Shown: positions 9,037 through 20,486, counted from the first letter of the stretch. The stretch is DNA of 64,000 bases from an uncultured Nitrososphaerota archaeon (GCA_963718895.1 CAVRAG010000007.1:320001-384000); one strand, 5' to 3'. The notes: generated by a model from the sequence alone, not told the origin. Translations and numbers: made by a program.

Positions 9037-11543
9037 ATGAAGGGGAGGAAGTCTTTCCACGTCCCGGGGGCCCGGAGGCACTACATGCCCGACCGCGAGT
9101 TCCAGACAGACCACATCAAGGTCGAGATCAAGGTCGACCCGGAGAAGAAGAGCATCGAGGGCAGCTGCTACCTCAAGATCACCCCTCTGAGGAATGATCT
9201 CGCGGCAATCCACCTCGACGCGGTGGAGATGAGGGTCTCCAGGGTTCAGCTCGACGGCGCGAAGGCCCGATTCGACCACGATGGCGAGAGGCTCACCATA
9301 AGGGCCGGAACGCCCCTGAGCACGACAGCGCATCTGGTGGCCGTCGACTACTCGGCCAATCCGACCCACGGCGCCTACTTCGTCCACCCGGACGACAAGT
9401 ACCCCGACAAGCCCGTCCAGGTCTGGACCCAGTGCGAGGCCGAGGCGGCGAGATACTGGTATCCCTGCTACGACCATCCGAACGACAAGTCGGCCTCGGA
9501 GACGGTGATAACGGTGCCAGAAGGGTTCGAGGTCATCTCGAACGGAAGACTCGTCTCCCAGACCGCATCGGAGGGATGGACGACCTACCACTGGCACGAG
9601 AGTGCGCCGCACTCGGCCTACCTCAACTCGTTCGTGGTCGGGAAGTTCGTCCGGGTAGACGACAAGGCGGGGAGGGTGCCGCTGCAGTACTACGCCCCGG
9701 AGCAGAAGCAGGCCGACATCATGCGCTACTTCGGTCAGACGCCCGACATGATGAGGACCTTCGTAGAGATCACAGGAATCGAGTACCCCTACGAGAAGTA
9801 CGCGCAGGTGGCGGTCCACGACTTCATCTACGGCGGGATGGAGAACATCAGCGCCACGACCCTCGTCGACACCCGGTTCCCCGACGAGCGGTCGGAGGAG
9901 GACTACTCGTCGAGGTATTCGCGTCCCGACAAGAACCACATCGAGCTGGTCGCCCACGAGCTGGCGCACATGTGGTTCGGTGACCTCGTGACCATGAGGC
10001 ACTGGTCCCACTCCTGGCTCAACGAGGGCTTCGCCACCTACATGGAGGCGCTCTACCACGAGAGACGGTACGGCCTCGACGAGTTCGGGCAGAACATGGA
10101 CTTCAAGGCCCGCTCGTACTTCGAAGAGGACGAGGGTCGGTACCGGAGGGCCATAGTGGAGAACGACTACGTCTACGCCGACGACGTCTTCGACGCGTGC
10201 ACCTACGAGAAGGGCGCCTGGATGATCCACCAGCTCAGGGGGATACTCGGGGACGAGCGCTTCTTCACGGGGACGAGGGAGTACCTGAAGAGGTTCGCCT
10301 ACGGGAACGCCGAGACCAACGACTATCAGGCGGGCGATGGAGGAAGCCAGCGGGGTCTCCCTCGAGCGCTACTTCGAGCAGTCGTTCTACAGGGCGGGGC
10401 ACCCCGAGTTCGAGGTCGAGTACGCATGGGACCAGAGCAGAAGTACGGCGGAGGTCGCGGTTGCTCAGGTCCAGCAGACAGACGACCTCACCCCGCTCTT
10501 CGAGCTCCCCGTGGACCTGGTCTTCTACACTGCCAGAGGGAGGCAGGTCAGGAGGGTCATCGTGCGGGGGCAGAGCGAGCGCTATCACTTCGAGCTCGAC
10601 TCGGAGCCGAAGATAGTGGAGTTCGACCCCGAAGGCTGGGTCCTGAAGAAGCTCAAGTTCAAGAAGAGCTACGCTCTCCTGAGCAACCAGCTCCTGTCGA
10701 GCGTGGACATGCTCAGCAGGAAGAGTGCCGCGGAGGAGCTGGCCTCCTTCAAGAACGCGGAGACCTTGGGGATGCTCAGGGAGGCCGCGACGAGAGACCA
10801 GTACTGGTCCGTGAGGGCCCAGGCGATTAGATCGATCGGTAAGATAGGAGGACGGGAGGCCCTCGACGCGGTCCTCGAACTCTCCCGCGCCGGAGCCCCG
10901 GAGGGTCAGGAGGGCCGCGATCGCCGCGCTATCGGAGTTCAAGGGCGAGGAGAGGGTCCACGAGGCGCTCAAGGGTGCGCTCTTCGGCGACGAAAGCCCC
11001 TTCAACCAGTGCGAGGCGGCTCTCTCCATCGGCAAGATCGGGGCCAAGGACGCCTTCCAGCTTCTGACCGAGGCGATGAAGATCGAGTCCCCGGAGCACG
11101 GCCTCGCCGAGGCCTCGCTCGAGGCCCTGGGATTCGTCAAGGGTCGGGAAGCAAGAGAGACCATAAGGGCGCACATCCTGTACGGGCAACCGCTCCGCGA
11201 GAGGATAGGATCGCTCAAGGGTTACGAAAAGCTGGGATCTCTGGAGGTCGAGGACCTGGAGGTGCTGAAAGAGATCGCCGTCAAGGACCCCGACTTCGCG
11301 GTGAGGGACCAACTCCTCGAGCTGGTTGCCAACCTCGGGGAGAGGAGGTTCATCGAGACCCTGAAGAAGGTCGCGGACGAGGATGGCGACAACCGCAACA
11401 GGAGGAGGGCTCTCGAGATTCTCGAAGACTTCGCATTCGGGGACTCCGGGAAGGACCTGGCGGGGCTCCGAGACGAGGTGGAGGGGTTGAAGAGGGAGGG
11501 AAGGGAGCTCAGAGACACGCTCTCCAGGGTCGAGCGGGTCTGA
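9037..11543 (+). CDS. M1 aminopeptidase with C-terminal HEAT repeats and coiled coil (frameshifts near 10330 and 10900)
   Basis: GGMEN, HELAH-x18-E, YEKGA; HEAT-like WSVRAQAIRSIGKIGG repeats. Confidence 0.92.
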
Positions 11544-11547
11544 GGAG

Positions 11548-12207
11548 CTAGACCAGGTCAAGGAGGCCGGAAAGCGAGCTCAATATGTAGTCGCTCCCCT
11601 CGCTGAGGAGCCTCTCGTGGGTGTACCTCCCGGTCGTGACCGATGCGACCCTGACGCCAGCGCCCTTGGCGGCCTTCACGTCGATGATGCTGTCACCGAC
11701 GTAGACCACTTCGCTCTTTGGGAGCTGCATCAGGTCGACGGCCTCGAGCAGGCCGTCCGGGCTCGGTTTCAAGGCGCTCACGTCGTCCCTGGTGAGCGTG
11801 AAGTCAAAGCGCCTCAGGAGGTCGTGCCTCTTCAGGAGCCACTCCGAGGGCGTCCTCCCGCTGTTGGTCAGAGTCGCCAGCTTCACGTTCGCGGACCTGA
11901 GGCGGTCGAGGACCTCGCCGGTTCCCTGTATGGGTTCAGCCCTGGCGTTCCAGTCCATCTCGACCTCATCCAGCGCCGCGAAGAGCGCTGCCCGGAAGGA
12001 CTCGAAGTCTATTCTGACCGATCCGCTCTCCACCTGTTTCCTCGCCCAGTCGATTATCTCCTGGGTGTGTAGATTCGTTCCGTCCATGAAGGACACGTCG
12101 AATCCGACCTTGACGAGTTCCCGCGCCGTCGTCGATCGGAGCTTCTCCACGTCGACCTTGAGGCTGACCAAGGTTCCATCGACGTCGAAGATCAGGCCTC
12201 TCACCAA
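11548..12207 (-). CDS. HAD-family hydrolase (phosphoglycolate phosphatase-like)
   Basis: IFDVDGTL, LTNS, KPSP, VGDSIID. Confidence 0.9.
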   Translation of the reverse strand: MVRGLIFDVDGTLVSLKVDVEKLRSTTARELVKVGFDVSFMDGTNLHTQEIIDWARKQVESGSVRIDFESFRAALFAALDEVEMDWNARAEPIQGTGEVLDRLRSANVKLATLTNSGRTPSEWLLKRHDLLRRFDFTLTRDDVSALKPSPDGLLEAVDLMQLPKSEVVYVGDSIIDVKAAKGAGVRVASVTTGRYTHERLLSEGSDYILSSLSGLLDLV

Positions 12208-12218
12208 AGGGCACCTCC

Positions 12219-12338
12219 TCAGATCTTGTCTTTGGCGAACAGCAGCAGGATCGCTATGCCGGCGATGCCCAGAGCCACGGCCAGTATGGCGAGTGCCTGC
12301 AAGGTCCCCGAATCGAGGTCCAGCGGGATTGGAAGCAT
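12219..12338 (-). CDS. Small single-pass membrane protein (39 aa)
   Basis: MLPIPLDLDSGTLQALAILAVALGIAGIAILLLFAKDKI; TTAAG-type box about 25 bp upstream; GGAGG after its stop serves the HAD gene. Confidence 0.55.
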   Translation of the reverse strand: MLPIPLDLDSGTLQALAILAVALGIAGIAILLLFAKDKI

Positions 12339-12432
12339 CGCTAGTACGCAGCGTTCCTGTGGCCGACTTAAGTATTTCTGATTCGTCCGCCCTCCGTGAC
12401 AGTTTTTATCTTGGCACTTCGCGGCCGGAGCA

Positions 12433-12957
12433 ATGGAGAACGCCGACCTCCCGTTGGGTACGGTCCCCGTCGAGAAGGACACGCTGCGGATCTACGGCTT
12501 CTCCTTCCAGTTCCCATCTACCTCGAAACTGGAGTTCAACCCCAAGTTCAAGAGGGAGGACGGCGACGTCGCTGTAAAGTCCCCTGACAAGGCGAACGTA
12601 TTCGTGTCCTGGGGCGACCTTGACAAGGTCATCAAGAAGGCCCCGACTATCCAGGACCACGCCAAGTTCAGCCTGGATAGGGTGAAGAAGAGCGTCCAAG
12701 GTAAGATGACGACTCTCGAGTCGAAGGACATCAAGGTGGGAGGGCACGACGCCGTCTTCAACCACGTAAAGATCGAGGTCCCTCGCAGGGGGCTCTTCGG
12801 GAAGGGCCAGCTGCAGGACGTTAGGTCGGTCCACCTGCACTGCGACGAGACCAAGAGGTTCTACGTCATCTACGCCACGTCCACCGAGCAGAACAAGGAG
12901 GTCCAGGGCCGGACGATGCAGGAGATAGTGGACTCGCTGCAGTGCCATGGATTCTGA
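12433..12957 (+). CDS. Hypothetical protein, possibly PsbP/DcrB-like fold
   Basis: Codon usage like neighbours; FSFQFP start, IKVGGHDAV and RFYVIYAT...EIVDSLQC pattern. Confidence 0.6.
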   Translation: MENADLPLGTVPVEKDTLRIYGFSFQFPSTSKLEFNPKFKREDGDVAVKSPDKANVFVSWGDLDKVIKKAPTIQDHAKFSLDRVKKSVQGKMTTLESKDIKVGGHDAVFNHVKIEVPRRGLFGKGQLQDVRSVHLHCDETKRFYVIYATSTEQNKEVQGRTMQEIVDSLQCHGF

Positions 12958-13062
12958 ATCCCGGGCCGAAGCGGGGCGCCGAGGTGGGGCCTCGTCAACC
13001 GACGCGGAGCGGCAACCGTAGACAAACATAGAAATAACATCAACTCCCGGAAGAGGGTCTGA

Positions 13063-14499
13063 ATGATCAGGGAGAACGTCAAGGAACTTGCCCAGCTTTC
13101 CATGCGCGAGGCCCGTCGGCTGGGCGCAGACTATGCCGAGGCGCGGGTGCAGAGCAGCATAGGATCGGGGTTCATGCTGAAGAACGGAGAGCCGCAGCCC
13201 TCCATGATGGGTGACAGTTTCGGAATAGGGATCAGGGTGCTGTGCGACGGCGCTCTCGCGTTCAGCGCGACCAACATCATGGAGAGGGCCGGGGTGAGGT
13301 CCCTGACGGCGAAGACAGTGAAGATGGCCAAGGCCTCCCAGCGACTTGTGAAGAAGAAGGTCAGGCTTGACGATTCCAGGTCGGTGCGCGGGAGCTTCAG
13401 CGCCGCCGAGAAGGAGAAGGTCGAGGGGGGAGACGCTTCCTGGCTCAAGTCGATCCTCCTCGAGATGGACAAGAGGATCCAGAAGGGGAAGGGAGCCAAG
13501 ATACCCAACCGGATCCTCGCCGCGGCTTCGGGGGTCGACGAGAAGTACTACATCAACAGCGACGGGGCGGAGATCGAGAGCAGGGTCCCGAGAGTCAACT
13601 TCTTCGGAATCCTCACGGCGATCTCGGGAGGCGAGGTCGCCCAGAGGATGGTCCAGCAGGGGGAGACCGGGGGGCTGGAGGTGGTCAAGAGGCTGGACCT
13701 CATCTCCAGGGTCGAGGAGGAGGCGAGGGTCCTCCGCTCGGTGATCGAGGGCGCGACCAAGCTGGAGGCGGGAGTGATGGACGTCATACTCAGTCCCGAG
13801 CTCTCGGGGATCGCGGCCCACGAGTCGGTGGGGCACCCCCAGGAGGCGGACAGGATACTGGGGAGGGAGGGCGCCCAGGCAGGGGAGTCCTACCTGAAGA
13901 AGAGCAGCCTAGGGTATAGGATCGGGAGCAAGGAGGCGAACGTCAGCGACGACCCGAACCTCGTCCACTCGAACGGCTACTGTCCGGTGGACGACGAGGG
14001 GGTGAGGGCGACGAAGAGGCGCCTCATCGTTGACGGGGAGATCACCGAGTTCCTTCAGAACAGGAGCACGTCCGCCGAGCTCGGGGTCAGGAACAACGGT
14101 TCGGCCAGGTCGGTGGACTTCAACAGGGAGCCGATAATCAGGATGTCGAACACCTTCGTCGAGCCCGGAGACCGCACGACGGAGGAGCTGATCAAGGAGG
14201 TCAAGGACGGGATCTACCTGAAGTCCTTCACGGAGTGGAACATCGACGACAAGCGGCTGAACCAGAGGTACGTCGGGCTCGAGGCGTACAGGATCAAGAA
14301 CGGGGAGCTCGGACCGCTCGTCAAGGCGCCCGTGCTCGAGATAACGACCCCCGCGCTCTGGGGCAGCGTCAGGGCGAGGGGCAAGGAGGTGGAGTTCGAG
14401 GCGGCAACGTGCGGGAAGGGGGACCCGATGCAGGGGATCCCCGTCTGGACCGGGGGACCCGACACCCTCCTCGGCGGAGTGAGGATAGGTACGAGGTGA
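13063..14499 (+). CDS. tldD: TldD metalloprotease
   Basis: HESVGHPQEAD, DDEGV, RMSNT, CGKGDPMQGIPVWTGGP. Confidence 0.93.
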   Translation: MIRENVKELAQLSMREARRLGADYAEARVQSSIGSGFMLKNGEPQPSMMGDSFGIGIRVLCDGALAFSATNIMERAGVRSLTAKTVKMAKASQRLVKKKVRLDDSRSVRGSFSAAEKEKVEGGDASWLKSILLEMDKRIQKGKGAKIPNRILAAASGVDEKYYINSDGAEIESRVPRVNFFGILTAISGGEVAQRMVQQGETGGLEVVKRLDLISRVEEEARVLRSVIEGATKLEAGVMDVILSPELSGIAAHESVGHPQEADRILGREGAQAGESYLKKSSLGYRIGSKEANVSDDPNLVHSNGYCPVDDEGVRATKRRLIVDGEITEFLQNRSTSAELGVRNNGSARSVDFNREPIIRMSNTFVEPGDRTTEELIKEVKDGIYLKSFTEWNIDDKRLNQRYVGLEAYRIKNGELGPLVKAPVLEITTPALWGSVRARGKEVEFEAATCGKGDPMQGIPVWTGGPDTLLGGVRIGTR

Positions 14500-14503
14500 G
14501 AGG

Positions 14504-15842
14504 ATGATACCCACCGAGCTGAACGAGCGCGGGCTGAAGGCCGCCAAGAGGCTGGGCGTCGACGAGGCGATCTTCGTATCGACGGCGGGGAGCGAACAGA
14601 TGATCCGGTTCGCCAACGACTCCCTCTCTGTCGCCAAGAAGACCGAGGAGAGCGTGGTCTCGGTCTACCTGGCGAAGGCGGGCAGGAGGATAGTGGGCGG
14701 GTCCTCGAACACCGACGAGGAGGGTCTGAGCGCCTTCGTCGAGCGGCTGTACAAGACCATGATCAACCTCTCCAAGGAGCCCGTTTACGCGGGTCTCCCG
14801 AGCAGCGCGACCAAGCTGAAGAAGGCAGGGACCTTCGACAGGCGGCTTGGCGACGCCGAGAAGGCGGTCTCGGAGTTTGCGAGCGAGGCGATCGAGTCGG
14901 CCCGCGGGGCGGGAGCGCGTCGGAGTGCGGGGGCCTCGAGGCCTCTCTGGTCTCGAGCTACCTCCTGTCGTCCAACGGGACCCAGGGGCAGGACACAACC
15001 TCGAGCATCCTCCTGAACATCAGGTCGTTCACCGAGAGGAACGCGAGCGGGCACGGCCTTTCGTGCTCCTCGAGTCTCAAGGGGTTCCGTCCTGCGGTCG
15101 CCGGGAGGAGGGCGGGAGAGGACTCGAAGAGGATGCTCAACTCCAAGAAGCCGGACGAGGGGACGTACCAGGTCCTGATGAGCCCCACGGTGGCGGCGAA
15201 CCTGATCTCGCTGGTAGGCGGCTTCGCCTCCGCCTTCTCGGTCGACTCGGGGACGTCCTACCTCGTCGAGAAGATGGGAAAGAGGGTGGGCTCGGAGTCG
15301 TTCAGCCTCACGGACCACGGCCGGATCGAAGGGGGGCTAGGAGGAAGGGTCTTCGACGACGAGGGCAGCCCACCCAGTCGACCAAGATGATCGAGGACGG
15401 CGTGCTCGTGAACTACCTGCACAACCTGACCACCGCGAAGAGGTTCAAGGTCAAGAGCACGGGGAACGCGGGCTGGATCGAGCCGGACGCCTGGAACCTG
15501 GAGGTGGCACCAGGGGACTCGGGCTACGCCGAGATGGTGAAGGAGATGAAGCGCGGGATAATACTCACGAGCAACTGGTACACCCGCTTCACGAACTACA
15601 GGACGGGGGAGTTCTCGACGGTCCCGCGGGACGGGACGTACCTGGTCGAGAACGGCCGCATCACGAAGCCGCTCAGCGGGCTCAGGATGAGCGACTCGCT
15701 CGAGAGGATCTTCTCCTCGGTGAAGCTTCTCTCGAAGGAGAGGGAGTGGGTGCAGTGGTGGGAGGTCGACACCCCGACCCTCTGCCCGTGGGTCCTGGTC
15801 GACGGGGTCAAGGTCACGAGGGCCTACGGTTCAGCACCCTGA
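14504..15842 (+). CDS. tldE: TldE/PmbA partner (frameshifts near 14940 and 15375)
   Basis: IRFANDS, FDDEG, STGNAG, TGEFSTVPRDG; no HExxH; directly follows tldD. Confidence 0.88.
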
Positions 15843-15869
15843 CCCAGACACCCCAGGGAGAAGAAGAAC

Positions 15870-16376
15870 GTGTGGTCGAAGGTCAGGGAACAGTTCGAGG
15901 GCCAGAAGGTGAGGCTGGACGTCGCCAGGAAGATGCTGGAGTACGGGATAAGGGTCTCGGACGATGCGGGCTCTTCGTCGGGGGGCTGGAGGTCGACTAC
16001 TCGGCGCTCGCGAGGGACGTCGGCGCCGACAGGCGCGTCGTCAAGCAGACCGCGGAGCAGATCAGGAAGGACCCCTTCCTCTTCTCGGTCTTCTCCAAGA
16101 TAACGCCCGTCGGCGCCAGCCTGGTGCCAGTGGTCTCGAGGCTCGGCTACTCGGCGATAGTGATAGACGGCGACCCGAGGGCCGCAGGCATCATCTCGGA
16201 CGCGGCCGGGGCGCTCGCGAGGCACGGGATAGTCGTGAGGCAGGCGCTGGCGGACGACCCAGACATGGTCCCCGAGCGCGAAGCTCACACTGGTCGTAGA
16301 GGGCAGAATCCCCGGAGAGGTGCTAGCCGAGCTCAACTCTCTGGCGGCCGTGCGGAGCGTCACTGTGGTGAAGTAG
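15870..16376 (+). CDS. ACT-domain amino-acid metabolism regulator, COG2150-like (frameshifts near 15975 and 16275)
   Basis: Rejoined: KMLEYGIRVS...SALARDVGADRRVV...GIISDAAGALARHGIVVRQALADDP. Confidence 0.75.
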
Positions 16377-16921
16377 GAGCCTTCTCGAGCATCCTCGAGA
16401 AAGTCCAGCTCACGGTGTTCAGAATCTCGGTGAGGCGCTCTCCTTCGCGGTAGTTCTCGATCGTCAGCCCGCTGATCTTCCCCCCTTTCTCAGCGACGCT
16501 GAACCTCAGCTCCTTCCCCTTCTCCAGAGTCCCTCCGGAGACGAGCGCGTCGTCCTTGGCCTTCATGCCCGTAAGGATCTTGCCGAGGAGGAAGGACTTG
16601 AAAGGCGGCGTCTCCGACCTGAAGCGCGACCTCGGCCACTGGTTCCACGACAACCTTCCCCCTCGTGACCTGGGCGACGGCTATCGTCTCTCCGCCCTTG
16701 TCCCGGCGGAGCTCGCGCATCTCCGGGATCTGCACCGAGTCCTCTTTCGGACGGGGGAGGACCTCGGAAGCGGGCCTGAAGCTCGACGCCCTCAGGACCG
16801 TATCGACCATCGTCTGCGCCTCCTTCAGCTTCTCGACCTCCTCCTGGAGCTCCGCGATCCTCGAGTCTATCCAGAGCTTGAGGTCGGCAGCCCTCTTCAG
16901 CTGTTCGTCGCTGGTCGCCAT
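16360..16921 (-). CDS. Conserved hypothetical coiled-coil protein (frameshift near 16615)
   Basis: MATSDEQLKRAADLKLWIDSRIAELQEE joined to TPPFKSFLLGKIL...LNTVSWTFSRMLEK. Confidence 0.65.
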
Positions 16922-17039
16922 GGTAGCCGCGAAACTCAGCACAATCTAAAAACCTAGCGCGTCGTCACAGCTTCCCGCGGGGAGAGAGGTGCCGCCGAGG
17001 TTCAACCCCTTTAAGGCGACCGGGGGGGGAGAGACCCCG

Positions 17040-17816
17040 TTGGACAGCGGCACCCTGAAGTTTCGGGCGGAGGACGGGACTGCCGAGGCGGTCTTTGCCG
17101 ACCCCGGGGGAAGCGCGCCTCCGGTCATCGTTCTCCACGAGGTCTGGGGCATGACGCCCTTCATCGAGTCGGTCTGTGAGGAGCTGGCCGACCAGGGTTT
17201 CGCCGCCTTCGCCCCGCTGCTCTTCTGGAGGGATGGGGACCTCTTCTCTCGCGAGAACATTCGCAAAGCCATGTCCGTCGTGTGGGATCTTCCCCTCGGG
17301 GAGAGATACGATCGGCGAAACCTGGAGGTGGCGTTCGAGCGGGCGAGGGCATCCCGGGGGGTGCGACGGCTGCTCGGGACCCTGTACGACCGCTCGTATC
17401 GGTCGCTGCTCGCCGGGGACGTGGCGGCGCTGGCGCGCTCAGTCTCAGGACACAGGCGGAAGCTCGGTGTCCTCGGGTACTCCATGGGAGGGGGGCTCGC
17501 CCTTGGTCTGGCGGCCGAGCGCAGCGGAGTCGGCGCCTGCGTGACGTTCTCCGCGGAGCCGCCCCGGTCGGCTGAACTCGCGAAGGTCCGTGCGCCGATT
17601 CTTTCGTTCTACGGGAGCGACGACTCGTTCATGGCGGCGCGAGTCCCGGAGTTTGTGGCCGATGCGCTCAGATTGGGAAAGGCGCTGACGCTGTCCGTCT
17701 ATCCGTCGGCCGGCCACGAGTTCTTCGACAGCGGGAGCCCCTCGGGGTATGAGCCGGGCGCGGCTGCCGAGTCGTGGAGGTCACTGACCCGGTTCTTCAC
17801 CGACCACCTCCGATGA
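17040..17816 (+). CDS. Dienelactone hydrolase-family alpha/beta hydrolase
   Basis: VIVLHEVWG, GYSMGG nucleophile elbow, YGSDD, YPSAGHEF. Confidence 0.85.
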   Translation: MDSGTLKFRAEDGTAEAVFADPGGSAPPVIVLHEVWGMTPFIESVCEELADQGFAAFAPLLFWRDGDLFSRENIRKAMSVVWDLPLGERYDRRNLEVAFERARASRGVRRLLGTLYDRSYRSLLAGDVAALARSVSGHRRKLGVLGYSMGGGLALGLAAERSGVGACVTFSAEPPRSAELAKVRAPILSFYGSDDSFMAARVPEFVADALRLGKALTLSVYPSAGHEFFDSGSPSGYEPGAAAESWRSLTRFFTDHLR

Positions 17817-17885
17817 GCAGGGCTGTGTCAAATATCGTCCGTTCGGTGCCTAAGCTTTAATTCCACTAGTTGAAACTCGGAGCGA

Positions 17886-18655
17886 GTGAGCCTCCGCGTC
17901 CAGACCAGGAGGATAGCTACGGTCGCTATCTTCGCGGCGATCTACGCCGTTCTGAACCAGATTCCTGTCTCGAAGCTCATCGGGGCGAACAGCACCCTCA
18001 CCATGGCCGAGGTCTTCAGCCCGCTCGCCGGGATGATCCTGGGCCCTTCGCGGGTGGGGCGTCGGTCGTGCTCGGGACCTTCGTGGCCGCCCCGGGTCAC
18101 CCTCTGGTCTTCGACGGGCTGGACTTCATGCCCCCGCTCATGGCCGCCATGACCGCGGGCTTCGCAATCAAGAAGAAGGCGTCGTGGGCGATCGGACTGT
18201 CCCTAGCGCTTCTCCTGATCTACTCCGCCGACCCGTACTCCCTGCCGCTGATCGACGTAGGTTCGGTCCCGGTCCCGTACTACTGGCTCCAGGTCGTGGC
18301 CCTCGCAGCCTACGCCGGCGTCTGGTACTCCCGAGTGAGGGGGTTCAGGTTCGCCACCGCGGACGCCCTCGTGGTCGCGATAGTCCTCCTCTCGACGATG
18401 AACGCAGAGGTAGGGGGAGGGATAATGTACGAGAACGTCTTCGTGCTGACGGGCGTCGAGAGCGCCAAGGCCATGGTCAGCTCGTGGCCGTACTTTTTCT
18501 ACGCCTACCCCGTCGAGCGGGCGTTCTTCACGGCGGTCGGGTCCGTCCTGGCGATCCCGGTACTCAGGGGCATACCGGGTTCGACTCTGAAGATGCTGAG
18601 GGGTCCCGGCGCGGATGTCAGAGACGAGCCGCGATCGCCTGGGCCATCTCCCTAG
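17886..18655 (+). CDS. Membrane protein, ECF transporter S-component-like (frameshift near 18050)
   Basis: TRRIATVAIFAAIYAVL, PLAGMILGP, FYAYPVERAFF; several TM helices. Confidence 0.6.
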
Positions 18656-19628
18656 TGCCCGCGGTGCCGCCCAGATCGTAGGTGACCTGTTTCCCCTCGG
18701 CGACGACCTGCGTGGTCGCATCGAAGATCGCCTTTCCGGCGCTCTTCTGGCCGATGTACTCGAGCATCCAGGCCGCCGAGAGGATCGTCGCGGCGGGGTT
18801 GACCTTGTCCATCCCCTTGTACTTCGGGCTGCTGCCGTGGGCCGGCTCGAACATCGCGCGGTCGTCTCCGATGTTCGCCGAGTAGATCATCGCGATGGAT
18901 CCGACGAGGCCAGAGGCCTCCTCGGAGACGATGTCCATGAACAGGTTGGTCCCGACCACGACCGTCTGATCGAACCGCTGGGGGTTCTTCATCAGCTGCT
19001 GGGCGAAGTTGTCGATGTAGAGGTCCTCGATCGACACCTCCGGGTACGCCGCACCCACGGCGTGTACCGCTTCGAGGAAGAGCCCGTCAGAGATCTTGAG
19101 GATGTTCGCCTTGTTTATGGCGACCAGCCTCTTCCAGCCTCTTCGCCTAGCCTCCTCGAAAGAGAAGCGGGCGACCTTGGTGGACTTGTCCCGGGTTATC
19201 ACCCTGACCGCTGAAGCGACGTCATCGCTGAGCTTGTACTCTATGCCCGAGTACAGGCCCTCGGTGCCCTCTCTGACGCAGACGAAGTCCACCGGGCCGA
19301 GCGGGCCCACGTGGTTGGGGAAGCTCCTTATCGGTCTGACGTTGGCGTAGAGACCGAACCTCTGCCTGATGCTTATCGCTACCGACCTCGGCGTCCCCGG
19401 TGCCGACAGCGTCGTCGTCGGCCCCTTGAAGCAGCAGTCGGCCTGCTCGAGGACCTTCCAGGTCTCCTCGGGGATGAAGCTGGGGCCCCCGTTCTTCTCC
19501 CACCACTCGGCGCCGGCCTCGCACCTGATGAACTCGGCTTCCGCGCCGCTCGCCCTGAGGACGATCATCATAGCTTCGATCAGCTCCGGGCCGGTACCGT
19601 CTCCCTCTATGAGGGCGACCTTCTTCAT
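18618..19628 (-). CDS. Isocitrate/isopropylmalate dehydrogenase-family protein
   Basis: IEGDGTGPE, LYANVRP, REGTEGLY, KANIL, NLFMDIVSE, FEPAHGS, NPAATILS. Confidence 0.92.
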   Translation of the reverse strand: MKKVALIEGDGTGPELIEAMMIVLRASGAEAEFIRCEAGAEWWEKNGGPSFIPEETWKVLEQADCCFKGPTTTLSAPGTPRSVAISIRQRFGLYANVRPIRSFPNHVGPLGPVDFVCVREGTEGLYSGIEYKLSDDVASAVRVITRDKSTKVARFSFEEARRRGWKRLVAINKANILKISDGLFLEAVHAVGAAYPEVSIEDLYIDNFAQQLMKNPQRFDQTVVVGTNLFMDIVSEEASGLVGSIAMIYSANIGDDRAMFEPAHGSSPKYKGMDKVNPAATILSAAWMLEYIGQKSAGKAIFDATTQVVAEGKQVTYDLGGTAGTREMAQAIAARL

Positions 19629-19672
19629 GTGTCGGGGACGTGCCTGGGTATCGGATTTATCCTTTCCAAACC

Positions 19673-19981
19673 TCAGTCGCTTATCCGGAAACCCTTCTGT
19701 GGCGGATAGACGTCCAGGACCTCCTCCTCGACCTCGGTGACACTTGCGAGCGGCGGCCCACGCCTTGCCCAATCCAGGACCCTCCTCACCTCCTCTTCGT
19801 CGCCCTGGAGCAGCGCCTCGACCGACCCGTCGCTCCGGTTGCGCACCCAGCCCTCCACGCCGTGGATGGTAGCCTTCTCGAGCGTTGCCGCCCTGAACGA
19901 GACACCCTGGACCCTCCCCCTGACAACTATCCTAACGCTGACTCGATTCGACTCCTTCCAGCCTCCGGCGTCTGGGCCATG
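19673..19981 (-). CDS. acyP: Acylphosphatase (start uncertain)
   Basis: VRGRVQGVSFR, GWVRNRSDGSVE, GPPLA. Confidence 0.9.
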   Translation of the reverse strand, partial: HGPDAGGWKESNRVSVRIVVRGRVQGVSFRAATLEKATIHGVEGWVRNRSDGSVEALLQGDEEEVRRVLDWARRGPPLASVTEVEEEVLDVYPPQKGFRISD

Positions 19982-20035
19982 GGGCGGTGGTGGGTATTTA
20001 TTCGAACGGCCAGGGTGCGAGGGCTTGGACGCAGA

Positions 20036-20455
20036 ATGGAGGGCTTGAAGAGGGCAATCGACTGGCTGGTCTATGCCTCGGTCGCACTGGGGCTCCTCTT
20101 CGCATTCGCGGCGAGCACCCTGGTCCCCACATGGCTCCTCGCTACCATCGCCGTGGGAGAGGTCGCGTACGCGGGGACCGCCGTGGCCTTGGCGCGCGGG
20201 TCCAGCCGAGCCTATTACGTTGTGGTCGCGCTCGCCCTCCTCGTCCTCGCCGTCTCCCTCCCGCAGCCGGGTCACTACGCGTTCGCGGGGGACGGTCAGG
20301 TCGGGGCGTTTCTGATATTCGCGACGGGATCCGCCCTGCAGATCTGCCTCCTCGTCATGATACCAGTCTACCTAAGGCGGAGGCGCGCGTCTCAATCTTC
20401 ACGAGTCCGGCTAGGCCACTCTGATTCGGCCGCGGCCCGGGGCTCGGCGGAATGA
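20036..20455 (+). CDS. Hypothetical 4-TM membrane protein
   Basis: ATG 20036 after TATTTATT box; four hydrophobic stretches. Confidence 0.65.
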   Translation: MEGLKRAIDWLVYASVALGLLFAFAASTLVPTWLLATIAVGEVAYAGTAVALARGSSRAYYVVVALALLVLAVSLPQPGHYAFAGDGQVGAFLIFATGSALQICLLVMIPVYLRRRRASQSSRVRLGHSDSAAARGSAE

Positions 20456-20486
20456 CAACAACGCTTATTTTTTCCGGCGACGGGAC

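Noticed and set aside
17817-17885. Riboswitch upstream of the ECF S-component-like gene
   Set aside because: The gap is only about 70 bp, holds a TATA-like box and shows no TPP or FMN consensus.
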